A stretch of DNA of 64,000 bases from Mobula hypostoma (GCF_963921235.1 NC_086108.1:67458001-67522000), one strand, 5' to 3'; positions 13,091 through 26,075 are shown, numbered from the stretch's first letter. The notes: a model not told the origin generated them from the letters alone. Program-made: numbers and translations.

Positions 13091-14329
13091 AGTGACAATT
13101 GAGATCTGGAAGGCCATGAGACTCATTAAGCTGAAGGGCTGCTTTCTGTATAATAAATCAGCCACAGTTGAATGGCAGTGCAGACTCAATGGGCCAAAGG
13201 GCATCATTCTGATGCTATACATTATGGGCTTATGATGATCCTGTCTTTCTGCGCAAACTGCAAGTTGTGCATAAATACAAATGAGTGCTAATACTTTAAT
13301 GGCATTATTATGTAATTAAAACAGTGATTATAAACATAAGAAGCTGCATCATTCATTTTGGTTCCTGCGATAGAATCACTCTGCAAAACATGCAAAGAAC
13401 TCCTTACTAAATCCTCGTTCTAACCTGAGTCAGCAAACCATTCAGGTGTTTATTGAGCACTTCAAAAGATTAGAATCTGCTGACCCAGGTGGTAGGCTAA
13501 TAGCCTCTTTATGCTCACAAAGCGCTCCACTGATCCCAACCTTATTACTATTAAAACCAAACTGTTTACTTTACTCTATGGATTTAGCAGCAGTCAGGAT
13601 GGAATAGGTAGTAAAAGACCTTTGGCAGTGTAAATAACTGAAGCACTAGCATTCTCTAGGGACTGAAACAATTGCTGAGTCACATAACTATACAGTCATC
13701 TGAGGACAGGTTGGGGGATGAAGCTGGAACACAGTGGAAGGAATACTCTGCAAGGTTAGACTGATAAAAAGGAAAGTGACATTTTTCAGGTGAGCCATTA
13801 AACAAACTGACTTATTTATTGAAGTGAAAATAAAAGTTGTCATTAATCTTTTGTTTTGAAGAACATGGAATTTCCCAATTTCTTGGTTAGTATTGGTCTT
13901 CAACCAAATATCTGCCAAGGCAGATCACACTTTTGCTTGTGTAATCTTATTAGGTGAAATCTGTCTGTCACTTCTGCTTTCAGTGAATACATGTCAATGT
14001 GATTCATTAGCTGTGAAGCATTTGCATAACTTGAAGATGCTAGGGACAATATACTAGTATAAATATTTTGTTTAATACATTTATCTATATCCTACTACCA
14101 GAGGTGTGGGTTATATCCATCAAATTTGGCAGCTGATTTCAAAGTTCTAATGGATTAGAAACTTACATAAATTATCCTGCATTTCCACTGCTTTGAACCA
14201 GATTTAGAAGCAGAAAATGCTGTTCTGTTCTGATGAAATGTCTTTAACCAGAAGTGTTAACTTTCCTTTTTCCACAGATGCTGCTTGACTTGCTGACTGT
14301 TTCTAGCATTTTCTGTTCTATTTCAGATT

Positions 14330-14930
14330 CAAAGTTCAAAATTCAGAGTGAATTGACTATCAAAGTACATACATGTCACCATATACTACCCTGAATTCTC
14401 AGCAAATACAAAACACAATAGAATCAATGAAAAATCACACAAAGCATGAGCAAACAACTAAAGTGAAAAAGACAATGAAATGTGCAAATACAAAAAGAAA
14501 AAATAAATAAATAAACTATAAATATTGAGAACATGAGATAATGATTCCTTAAAGTGAGTCCATAGTTTGTGGGAACAATTCAGTGTTTGGGTGAGTGAAG
14601 TTGAGTGAAGCTATTCCCTTGGAGATGGCTGATGAGTGTTACTAAATCTGGTGATGTGGGGCTCAAGACTCCTGTACCTCTTTCCTAATGGCTGCAGTGA
14701 GAAAGCATAGCCTGGTTGGTACGGGTCCTAGATGATGGATGTGGCTTTCCTGCAACAGTGCTCCTTGTAGATGTACTCAATGGTGGGAAGTCTTTACTGA
14801 TGATGGACTGGGCTGTGTCAACTACTTTTTGGATACAAACTTCATAAACATCAAAGACAGTGGAGGCACTGCCAGCTTTCTTTGTAATGGCACTTATATG
14901 ATGGACTTGGGACAGATCCTCTGAAATGAG
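14330..14930 (-). mobile_element. Rex1/Babar-like LINE 3' fragment
   Basis: AITKKA and QKVVDTAQSI motifs; tail reading ..tttgaacttt on the minus strand. Confidence 0.7.
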
Positions 14931-17060
14931 ATGATGGTGCAGTTCCCAGCAGTCTGTAGACAAACATATGCATACAATCCAGCTTGATCCACTGATCAAG
15001 CACTGGAGGGCAGCAACAACAGGGGAGGCCAGTCCCTAACCATGCATAGATGCCATGTTACACCACTTATCTGCTTATCTTCTGGACTGTAACAGTAGAC
15101 AAACTCGTAGCTTGAGGTCTAGTCTTCACCACAACAGAGTCCATGCAGCTCCCTGCTGTCTGTCATGGCGCCAGACAAGGGAAACATGCCTGTGGCATCT
15201 TACATTACCAATGTCCCAAAGGCTCTTGTGATCATAAGAGAAATGTCCAAGACAATCACCCTGGACTACACTACACACTACCTCTGTGGACTAACTCTGA
15301 TGCTTTCGATGCCTTCTTGTAGCAGGCAGCAACACGGTCTGCACCAAGTCCAGTTCTACTGCCAATGAGCAGCTCACTGATTGGGTAGACCTGCAGTACC
15401 CATGGTTCTTGGAGTCCACCATTGTCTTGCTATTGTAAAAATGACATTTAAAAAAGAAAAAAAAACACCTTTGGTTCATGCCCAAGAACCACCATCATAC
15501 CAGAAGATATGATGCAACTGAACAAAGTCAAGGCAAAGAAAGGCAGTGAAAGATTACACCTTCAGAAAGTGAGCCCAATGGAACCAGCATGAACCAAGTT
15601 TGAATTAATCAGAAAAGTATGCTTCTTCAACTTCCATTCGTTTGGAGGTGCCCTTCAAGTGTATTCCTGCATTTTCACCATTGACACCACCAGTGCTGCT
15701 GATGCAAGCTGTTATAGACCATAGAAGTCATAGCACACCACAGCACAGAAACAGGCCCTTCAGCCCCTCTAGTCCATGCCAAAGCATTAATCTGCCTAAT
15801 TCTATCAACCTGCTCCTAAACCACAGCCCTCCTGACCCTTCCCATCCATGTACCTATACAAATTTCTCTTAAATGTTGATATCAAACCCGCATTCACCAC
15901 TTCCATTTGCAGTTCATTCCACACTCAACAACCTCTTAGTGAAGACATTGTCCCTCATGTTCATCTTAAACATTTCACCTTTCACCCTTAACCCATACCT
16001 CTAACTTTAGTCTCACTCAGCCTCAGTGTAAAAAGCTAGTTTGCATTTAATTTTTTCTATAGCCCTTGTAATTTTGAATACCTCTATCAAATCACCCCTC
16101 GTTAACCTTTCCCAATAACTCAAGCCATCAAGTCCTGGCAACATCCTTCTACATTTTTTTTTTCTGCACTGTCTCAACTTATAGATATCTTTCCTGTAGG
16201 TAGGTGACCAGAACCGAACACAATATTTCAAACTAGACCTCAATATAACATCCCATTTCCTGTACTCAATATTTTGATTTATGAAAGCCAATGTGCCAAA
16301 AGCTTTCTTTACGACCCTATCTACCTGTGACGCCACTTTCAAGAAATCATGGATCTGTATTCCCAGATCCCTCTGTTCTACTGCACTCTTCTGTGCCCTA
16401 TTTGTCAGCACGCAAGTCCTACCCTGATTTATCTTCACAAAGTGCAACACCTTGCACTTGTCTGCTTTAAATTCCTTCTGCCATTTTTCAGCATATTTTT
16501 TCCAGCTGGTCACTCCTTGTCAGTAACCCTCCAGTCTTGGTGTGATCTACAAATGTGTTGATCCACATTATCATCCAGATCGTTGATATAGATGACAAAC
16601 AACACCGGACCCAGCACCATTTCCTGTGGCACACAACTAGTCCTAGGCTTCCAGTCAGAGACAACCTTCTCTCTGGCTTCTCCCATGAAACCAATGCCTA
16701 ATCTAATTTACTACCTCACCTTGAATGCAAGTGACTGAACCTTCTTGACCAACCTCCCATGCGGGACTTTGTCAAAGTGTTATGACACGTCCCCAACTGC
16801 ACCAGCTTCTGTTCAGGACCGTCCCATTAATTGGCAATCATGTTTTGGGTGCCAAGAATTGAGTAGTTAAAGAGCAACTGAACTGCGGCTCGATGCTCAG
16901 TCATAAGCCTAACTAGAGATCTAGTTAGGATCTAGTGTTTTGCTTTTGCACAGTTTTTATTCCAGCTTATACCATATCTCAATCCCAGCCTCGAATACTC
17001 CAGCACTTGGGTCCAAACCACCCCTGTCAGGGTTTCTTCTTACAGTACGATTGAGCCAAC

Positions 17061-18004
17061 ATGGATCCAGCAGGGTATCAGAGTCTCTCAGCCGCTGTGG
17101 CCAGCTAAAGCCAGAGGATTTCCAGACAGAATCTGGAGATACACGACTTCCAGGCCGCCGTGTACCAGCTGTCTCAGGGAGGATGCCAGAGTCGCTCGGA
17201 TGAGGCTGTGGAGCCAGTATGTCTTCCAACCCTGGAGAAATTCATCGGAGAACCAGGTTCTTGCCACAGTTTTTTTCACTCAGTGCTCGTTGGTGTTCGA
17301 ACTACAGCCATCCCAGCTCCCTTCAGAGCACAGAAAAGTCCCCTTCATGATCTCTCTCCAGACCAGGAGGGCTCTTGCTTGGGGCACAGTGCAATGAGAA
17401 CGAAGGTTGGAGATTTGTGCGGAGTCAGAGGAATTGTTGGCCACCATGAGAAAGGTATTTTATCATCCTACCGGTGCAAACTGAGCTATGGATGTCCTGA
17501 TGAAGCTGCATCAGGGAAGTTTGTCAGCGGCCAACTACATGATTGACTTCCAAACTTTGGCGCAAGAGAGTGGTTGGAATAGGGAAGCCATGGCCACTCT
17601 GTACAGCCACACTATCTGGGACAGATTAAAGGATGCCCTTGCCTTGGGAGAGCCAACAGGGGGCTTAAGGGTCCGCATCAGCCAGTCCATCAGCCTAGCC
17701 AATCATCTGGCAAAGCATACAAGAGATTACATTACAAGGCCAGGCTTGGGCTAGCCCTCTTCAGCCTCAATCCATTGCAGTTCCACCCCCTGATCCCAGA
17801 CCATGATCAGTACTCTATTGATCCCTTGCAGATCAGTTACACAAGGATCTCCACCGTTGAGTGGCCCTGGCATCGGAGTCAAGGCTGCGGCTATTACAGC
17901 TGGGTAGTAGGTCACCTGTGGGCTAAATGTCTGAAGCTGCAGCTGCCTGGAGAACAGCTGAGGCTGTCCAGTATTGGGAGGACTGTGATAGTAGCAGCCA
18001 CTAC
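17061..18004 (+). pseudogene. Gypsy gag pseudogene
   Basis: MDPA start; EKFIGEPGSCHSFF / QCSLVFELQP..RKVPFMISL..ALAW; LHQG..YMIDFQTLAQESGWN; degenerate zinc knuckle near 17885-17930; frameshifted. Confidence 0.85.
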
Positions 18005-19075
18005 TCCAGAACTGGCTTGCCCATAGAAGGCAAAGAGTGGTTGTAGACAGGTCATATTCTACATGGAGGTCGATCACCAGTGGTGTGCCTCAGGGATCTG
18101 TTCTGGGACCCTTACTCTTTGTGATTTTTATAAATGACCTGGATGAGGAAGTAGAGGGATGGGTTAGTAAATTTGCTGATGACACAAAGGTTGGGGGTGT
18201 TGTGGATAGTGAGGTGGGCTGTTAGAGGTTACAGCGGGACATTGATAGGATGCAAAACTGGGCTGAGAAGTGGCAGATGGAGTTCAACCCAGATAAGTGT
18301 GAGGTGGTTCACTTTGGTAGGTCAAATATGATGGCATAATATAGTATTAACAGTAAGACTCTTGGCAGTGTGGAGGATCAGAGGGATCTTGGGATCCGAG
18401 TCCATAGGACAGTTAAAGCTGCTATGCAGGTTGACTCTGTGGTTAAGAAGGCAGAGGGTGCATTGGCCTTCATCAATCGTGGTATTGAGTTTAAGAGCCG
18501 AGAGGTAATGTTGTAGCTATATAGGACTCTGGTCAGACCCCACCTGGAGTACTGTGCTCAGATCTGGTCGCCTCACTACAGGAAGGATGTGGAAACCATA
18601 GAAAGGGTGCAGAGGAGTTTACAAGGATGTTGCCTGGATTGGGGAGCATGCCTTATGAGAATAGGTTGAGTGAACTTGGCCTTTTCTCCTTGGAGCAACA
18701 GAGGTTGAGAGGTGACCTGATAGAGGTGTACAAGATAAAAAGAGGTATTGATCGTATGGATAGTCGGAGGCTTTTTACCAGGGCTGAAATAGCTAACACG
18801 AGAGGGCACAGTTTGAAGGTGCTTGGAAGTAGGTACAGAGGAGATGTCAGGGGTAGGTTTTTTTTTTACACAGAGTGGTGAGTGCGTGGAATGGGCTGCC
18901 GGCGATGGTGGTGGAGGCAGGTACAATAGGGTCTTTTAAGAGGCTCCTGGATAGGTATATGGAGCTTAGAAAAATAGAGGGCTATGGGTAACCCCAGGTA
19001 ATTTATAAAGTAAGGACATGTTCAGCACAGCTTTGTGGGCTGAAGGGCCTGTATTGTGCTGTAGGCTTTCTATGT
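18005..19075 (+). mobile_element. 5'-truncated CR1 inserted in the Gypsy
   Basis: [20 protein letters not shown] and TRGHSLK motifs; tail tttctatg. Confidence 0.95.
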
Positions 19076-21020
19076 ACTTCCAGTCCCATGGATTCTGCTT
19101 TTGACCTGGAGGTGGAGTTCACCTGGAGTAAGTAGTTGAGGCAGGTGAAGGCTTTTCTGGACTCTGGGATAGCAGGTAAGTTTCTGGATTTAGGAACCGC
19201 CCGTCAGCTTAACATACTGCTGTGAGAGTTGAGTCTGTCCATGATCACAATTGTCTTGGACAGATATCCACTAGGTGCTGGGCAGATCATGGAAGTGGTG
19301 CCTCGAACATCAGAGTGGGTGCAGTGTTGTCTCAACGATCATCATCTGAGTTTAAACTGCACATGTGTGCCTTCTTCTCAAAGGCAGCTATCCCTGGCAG
19401 ACAGAAATGATGACATCGAAAATTGGGAGCTATTAACAGTTACATTGGCATTGGAGGAATGGTGTCATTGGCTTGAGTGGGCCAAGAACCCTTTTACTTT
19501 CTGGATAGATCAGAAGAACTTAGCTTGTATTCAGGAGGCCAAGATACTGAATTCCAGGCAGGCCAGTCTCCTTCCTTCAACCCATCGATCAGCTGTCAAA
19601 GAATCAAAAACTAGATGTCTTATCTCATCAGTTCAATGAGAGGAGAAACTTACCAGCACTTTGCCCCAATGAAAGTGGTAGCACCAATCTGCCGGGGAAT
19701 CAGCCAGCTTGTTTGCAAGGCCCAGGCAGAAGGGGAGGTGCCTAAGGATGATCCTACAGGTTGATTGTTTGTCCCAAGCTCCACCTGGTCACAGGTTCTC
19801 CAGTGGGGAACTCATCAAGAATAATGGCTCACCCAGTGATTGCCAGGATCATTGAGTTCATCAAGGGAAAGTATTGGTGACCCAGAAAGGCAAGAGGTTC
19901 GACAACGCGAGCAGGCATGCAAGGTGTGCACCTGGAACAAGTATCCCCATACCCACCCTCAAGGGCTTCTCCATCCTCTAATTGTTCCAGACCGACCATG
20001 GCACACATCTCCATGAACTTTGTCATGGGTCTTCTGCCTTCCAGGAGGAAGACCGTCATCATGGCCATTTTTGATCGATTTTCAAAGACTTGCATATTCA
20101 TTGCCTTGGACAAGTTACCATCTGTGGCACAGACAGCTGAAATTGTCCCGGACCACGTCTTCAGATTCCAGGGCTTTCCAGTGGATAGAGTCCACAATTC
20201 ACATCATGTTTCTGGAGGGCATTTTCCAAGCTGATTGTGGCATCAGTGAGTCTTTTCTCTGGGTTTCACCTGCAGCCCAACGATCAAATGGAGCGGGTGA
20301 ACTAAGATATGGAACGTGCTTTAAGATGCATGGCCTCTGAAAGACCAGATGAGTGGAGCGAGTATTTGATGTGGACAGAGGTCACCCACAGCACTTTATG
20401 GCATTCAACGCATGAGATGTCCCCTCTCAAATACCAATTTGGACATTCTCCGCCACTCTTCCCTGAACTGGAGACCAAGGTAGGGATTCCTGCAGCTGAA
20501 CATCTCATCTGATGCTGCAAGGAGAAATAGACTAGGGCAAGGGAGATTTTGTTAGTCTCTACCCGGAAGGCTTAAATAAAGGCTAACCACAAGAGAAGGC
20601 AGAGACCTGTCTTGCAGCCTGTGCAACAGGTCTAGCTGTCAACTCAGGATTTGCCTCTCTGGGTGGAGTCTAAGAAATTGGCGCCTTCAAGGTTATCAAA
20701 AAGTAAACACAGTGACTTGCACCTTGCAGCTCCCCAAGACCCTCAAGATCAATCCCACTTTCCATATTTGCAAGTTGAAAGCTGTGAGTAGTGGTCCTTT
20801 AGCCCCGCCACCATCATCCCCACAGCCACCCACATTTGTTGATGGGGAACAGCTTTTCAATGTAAAAAGAATTCTGGATTCATGAACTGTTTGGGGTGCT
20901 TTTCAGTTCCTCATGGACAGGGAAGGATTTGGAGCTGAGGAATGGTGCTGGGTTCCTGAAAGGGATATCTTGGAACCGATCTCATTCATGACTACCAGCA
21001 TTGTCTCTTCGAACAGCCAG
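19076..21020 (+). pseudogene. Gypsy pol pseudogene: protease, RNase H, integrase, chromodomain (RT absent)
   Basis: VKAFLDSG at about 19145; [79 protein letters not shown]. Confidence 0.9.
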
Positions 21021-22014
21021 GGACATCAGGAGTTGGCGGTAGGGGAAGGGGTCCTGTTAGGACAGGCACCCAACCACGCCAGCCTTCGATGTTTAGACGC
21101 TCAAACTCTCCAGAATGTGGATGGCTGGCCTGGCCCCTTTAAGGGTTCAGGACCATCCCGCTAATTGGCAATCATGTTTTGGGTGTCAAGAATTAAGCAG
21201 TTAAAGAGCACCTGAACTGAGGTTCTATGCTCAATCATAAGCCTAACTAGAGATATCATCTAGTGTTTTTGTTTTTGCTCAGTTTTCATTCCAGATTTAT
21301 AACCATGTCTTGATTCCAGCCTCGGATACTCCAGTACTTGAGTCCAAACCATTCTCGTCAAGGTGTCTCATCACACAAAGTCTTTGCTAAAGTCTATATA
21401 GACAACATCCATTGTGCTGACTTAATTAACTTTCCTGGTAACTTCTTCCAACACCCATCATGCACAAAGCCCTGTTGACTACCCCTAATCAGTCCCCGTC
21501 TATCCAAACACTTAATACATCCAGTCCCTTAGACTGGATAATGTTTCTGCTCATCTTATGTTTCATACTGAAGAGTCTCCTCATGTAACTGTAAAATCGC
21601 TACCAGTTCAAAACAGATAGAAACTACTGAGTAATAGATCATATTGTTTAATTAATCTGAAAAGTTCATGTAGAACAGCAATAGTTCCTTGCTGAACATC
21701 AGTATATTTCAGCATGCAACATGTTGAGGTTTCCTGTGCAATTGCACACTTCATAACATTTCCCTCAAGGCAATCCAATGTGCTGGATTCCTCATGGAGT
21801 GGAGAAAGGCTTTATCCAATTCCTTTGCACTTAAACTGGATAATTTACCTGTTAGACTGGTGCAAGAGCAGCATGTATTTTTTTTTAATGGAGAAGAATG
21901 GCTGCAGGAAGCCTCGCTAAGGGTGATAATTTGCAATTATTTTTTAAAAACTAATCATTTTTTCATAAACACTACTAATCATTTAGATGGTTTAAAACAC
22001 CACAACATTTTACA

Positions 22015-22150
22015 AACACGAGATTCTGTGGATGCTGGAAATCTTGAGCAATATACACAAAATGCTGGAGGGACTCGGCAAGTTCGGCTGCATCTATGGA
22101 GGGAAATAAACAGTCAACATTTCTGGCTGAGACGCTTCAAAAGGGCTGCT
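22015..22150 (-). mobile_element. Penelope-like 3' terminal fragment, degenerate
   Basis: acacgagattctgtggatgctggaaatc.. matches the termini at 34384, 43848 and 51906. Confidence 0.6.
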
Positions 22151-23904
22151 GATAACATTTTACAAATTTTTAGTTGATTGTTCAGGCTTCATTGAATGTT
22201 TTTGAACATCTAGGTTATTCACAGGCATTAACTGCAAATATTAGCCAGCTATCAAAGGTCTTACTCTGCAGTTTGACAAGTGGGGCTTGCTCTGGCCCAC
22301 CCACATAATGGCATTGCATTGCGTGACAGCCTTCTGCACTCGGGGCTGCCTCACTTCACACAGGACAGTTTCCTGCAACAAGTCAATGCTGGCAAATGTA
22401 GAAAAGGTAAAACAACTCTGACCACATAGGTCATGTTCTTTTTTCACTGTACGAAGAAAAATCAGCTGTAAGAACCAAAATCCTCAAATAGTCATTATTC
22501 CTATTGAGCTTTTATCTCTGGTTAGGACTGTAAGAAAATCTGTTTAAACTCACTGGCTACAAAGCAGCTGAATTAATAGTGGGTTCACAACCAGTCTTTA
22601 ATCTCTGGTCCATACTAAATTCCTTGTGTTTTCAGAAGCATGTTTTAAAAAGTAGATTTAAGCTCCAATACTAAATTATGCAAAGAATGTTTTCCCCTTT
22701 ATACAAGTAAATGGTGGTACTATTTGGCCTTTAGCCAAAGCTAACATCTCCACAGACTTTCTAATGCCTGTATGTTCCTCTTACCTCAGTGCAGTGATCC
22801 TGCCATATAGTTCCAGAAAGGCTTTTCCTGATATCAACTGTCCCCTCTGCCTTTTAAAAATCTCATAGCTATAATAGCAAAGGGCTGTTCATGTTCAAAA
22901 CTTACAAGCATAATAGTTTCTCCAGCAATCTAAAGTGCATCTATTTCTGCTTTAAGTGTTACTTCTTCTGCATGTCAGGCAACAACAAAATGTACTGCAA
23001 TTGGTGGTACTTTCCTTGATGTAAGTAAAACGACTGCTTATTTTGTTTGTCGTGTTAAATCCCAATTTTTTGTCTTATTCAATACAATTCTAGAACAAGC
23101 AGGTACTCTAGGAGTGCATCACTCAAACTAAATTAGCCAGGTGGTCTAAATGAATATAAAATAAATTGTTTTATAAGTAGATGAACATGGAAAGGTAGAA
23201 TTGGAAGACCATTTTACTCTGAGACTCTGAAGCCTGTGAAGATAAGAAACAAATGTGGCTTAAAGGTATTGTGAAATATTTTGTTATTCTGAGTTCAGAC
23301 AGATTTTTTTCATATTTTAGGTACAAGATGCCATTGCAGAGAAAAGTAAATACTTTGTCTTTATTCATGCATGAGTAAATAAAGTGTTTCAGCCACTTTT
23401 GTATTATCCCAATGATACGATATCCCACTGTTTTATTAACCCTCAACAAAATTTACCCTTTTATGGAAGGAGTTTCTTATAGAATGTACCTTTAGTCAGA
23501 CTGTTAATTAATTACACATCTTTAGCCCTCTGCTGTTTGGCCAAAATGTTAAAATCAACTTCTTCAGTTCTACAACATAAAGAGATGGCGTTCAGTTCCG
23601 TTCCCATTGAAAAGTCTTCTTGGAGCCAGGTTTCTGTTGAGAAAAAGAGCACCTCTTTTATGACTCTGCACTGAAACAAGCCCACACCTTTATTTGGAGA
23701 TATAAGTGGAAATCCCCAATGTTCCATGATATCTTTCTACGTGTCCACAACTTTCTTTCCAAGCTTCAGGTACACAGCAAAGGGAAACTTCATTTAAGCT
23801 TCCATAGGCACAGAAACTCAAGGTGCACTTCTAAATAGGAAAGCTCTCTATATATTTGTGCTTCACTATCTTGCATATTCTTTTCAGATGTAATACTTGA
23901 TTAA

Positions 23905-24140
23905 CTGATTGACTGAGATACAGCATGGCACAGCTCTTTCAATCCTTTGAGCCCTGCTGCCTAGCAACCCTAGCCTAATCAAAGGACAATTTACAATGAT
24001 CAATTAACCTACCAAATGGTACGTCTTTGGACTTCGGGAGAAAACCAGAGCACCAGGAGGAAACCCATGAGGTCATGGAGGGTATGTACACACTCCTTGC
24101 AGGCAGTGGTTGGAAATGAACCTGGGTCGCTAACCACAAT
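23905..24140 (-). mobile_element. tRNA-derived SINE (V-SINE-like), degenerate
   Basis: caatttacaatgatcaattaacctac..ggagaaaaccagagcac..gaaaccca; homologous to 59910-60180. Confidence 0.6.
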
Positions 24141-24306
24141 GCTACAATGTTTGTTGGCAAGTGCAATTTTGCAAGTTATTCTACGAACTAATAATTATCT
24201 ATTTATTTATTTCATATCTATAGTGCACAACAGATAGCCCCATTGTACCTCGATTACCAAAGTAAAAAAAAAAGTTAAATAGAGTAATTAATTTTCTTAC
24301 CTTTTA

Positions 24307-24569
24307 GGCCGGCTGGTGGCGCAATGGCATCAGCACCAGACGCTGGAGCGAAGGCTCCCAAGTTCGAATCCAAGTTAGGCCAGTCCCCGAGCACGCCTTC
24401 TATCCGTGCCGGGTTGAGTGGCGAGCTAGCCACTCGGCCTCGTAACAAAAAAAACAGGTTGGATCAGGAACGTTCATACTGTGACCCAGTTAATCCGAAA
24501 GGAGACAAATCCTGACACCACGCACCAGACAAGTATGGCTGACTGTCTGGTGCGACACGTTAAAAAGAA
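24307..24569 (+). mobile_element. Young tRNA-derived SINE
   Basis: Box A TGGCGCAATGG 24317-24327; box B GTTCGAATCC 24362-24371; A-rich tail; flanking duplication ACCTTTTAGG (24299-24308, 24570-24579). Confidence 0.85.
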
Positions 24570-25629
24570 ACCTTTTAGGTTTTCTAAACATTTCTAGATT
24601 ACATTGGGGGAACATCTAGGGGTAATATCCATTGGCCAAATTATCTCCCAATGCATGGCTAGAGGAAAATGGAACTAACCTGAGAGTCCAGGGTAAACTA
24701 TGTCATCACAAATAGTCAAGTCTGAGAACATAATTTTTAAAAAATGATAGCTGACCTTTCCCATACTATCTTAGAAAACACTTCTCTGTCAACACAAATG
24801 TTCTGGTGGTTGGGACTGAATACGTGGGTGTTTTTAGAGATGCTCTGGTATTCTCATAATTTAAAAGAGGTGCCATTTCTATATGTCACTTGAATTTGGA
24901 ATAGTGCACATGCATAAAAAAATAAATAAAATAGTCAGAAATTTGAAATTTTCTAAAAGGAAATGGTAAAAGCAGGTAGGGAGACAAGGCAAGAGCAACA
25001 AAGGATTTTTGGTAAGTAATCCATATGTAAAAAATGAGCTCTTTTTCTTATAAAGTGCTGTCAAACCTGACATGTTCCACTCATATGATTAAGCAGGATG
25101 ATGCTGCCATCTACTGATTAATAATACATAATAGCACATTTAACAATAACCACTGTCAAAGATAAGGCTGCATTTCAGAAGTTATGTTTTGATACCCCCA
25201 GTTGTGACTCCCAGGGTTGTTATGATGTGGGAAAAGCACAAATGTCACATAAGGCAGTTGGAGCTTAACAGAACACCCACAAAATTTTGGGGCTCAAATT
25301 TTTTTTACAAAAATCCTAGAATGGCTTTATAATGTTGAAAGCTAAAAGAAAACATAACTATCTTTTCATCTCTGCCCTGATTTCTCAAAGTTCTGCCTGC
25401 TTGTTCCATGCAATTACTGGGTTTCTAGCCTTAATCATTTGCATACAAACAAATTTTGTGAATTACCCATCTATCAGCATAATATCGATCCTGGCTCATT
25501 ACTTTTATCATTTAGATGTCTGTGACCTCCATTTCCACTTTTGTTTTATTTCCTATGATGAGAGGTCGTTTGGCCCATCAAGAACCTGAGAGTAATCCAT
25601 CAATGTATTCCTCTACTTATTTGCATATA

Positions 25630-26075
25630 ATTTATGATAGGAAGGGTATAGAAGCTTTAGAGAGGGTGCAGAGGAGATTTACCAGGATGGTGCCCGGACC
25701 AGAGAGCATGTCTTATGAGGATAGTTGAGCAAGCTAGGGCTTTTTTCTTCAGAGTGAAGAATAATGATAGGGGCGTACAAGATGATCAGAGTCATAGACC
25801 TTTTCCCAGGAAGGAAATGGCTAATACAAGGGAGCATAATTCTAAGGTGATTAGAAGAAAGTACAGGAATGATGTCAAAAGTAAGTTTTTTCCAGAGAGT
25901 AGTTAGTGTGTGGGAAGCTCTGCCAGGGATGGTGGAAGAGGCAGATGCATCAGGGACATTTAAGGAACTCCTAGCTAGGCACAAGGATGATAGATACATG
26001 GAGGATTATGTAGGAGAAAGGGCTAGATTGATCTTAGACTGGGTTAAACAGCCTGTACTGTGCTATGTTCTATGC
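25630..26075 (+). mobile_element. CR1 3' fragment
   Basis: EALERVQRRFTRM and FFQRVVSVW motifs; tgttctatg tail. Confidence 0.85.

Larger units (their letters stand above)
16778..21375 (+). mobile_element. Ty3/Gypsy chromovirus (Tf1/sushi-type) LTR retrotransposon, two LTRs, RT deleted, inactive
   Basis: 5' LTR 16778-17044 and 3' LTR 21055-21375 with TG..CA ends; perfect TSD CAAAG (16773-16777, 21376-21380); PPT AGGGGAAGGGG 21041-21051; gag, protease, RNase H, integrase and chromodomain remnants in order. Confidence 0.95.
15715..21535 (-). mobile_element. CR1 LINE 3' half, split by the Gypsy insertion (15715-16777 and 21381-21535)
   Basis: KCKVLHF and KKAFGTLAFI motifs; the DFSK.FDKVP motif is broken exactly at the Gypsy TSD and resumes after 21380. 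Confidence 0.9.

Noticed and set aside
13660..13760. Plus-strand exon GLKQLLSHITIQSSEDRLGDEAGTQWKEYSA
   Set aside because: Weak donor, unrecognised peptide and no compatible neighbouring exons
14930..15715. Possible very old LINE endonuclease remnant
   Set aside because: Only faint motif hints; not enough to call
24309..24380. tRNA gene (also 37263-37335)
   Set aside because: Box A/B are present but there is no clean cloverleaf, and each is followed by a SINE body, tail and TSD
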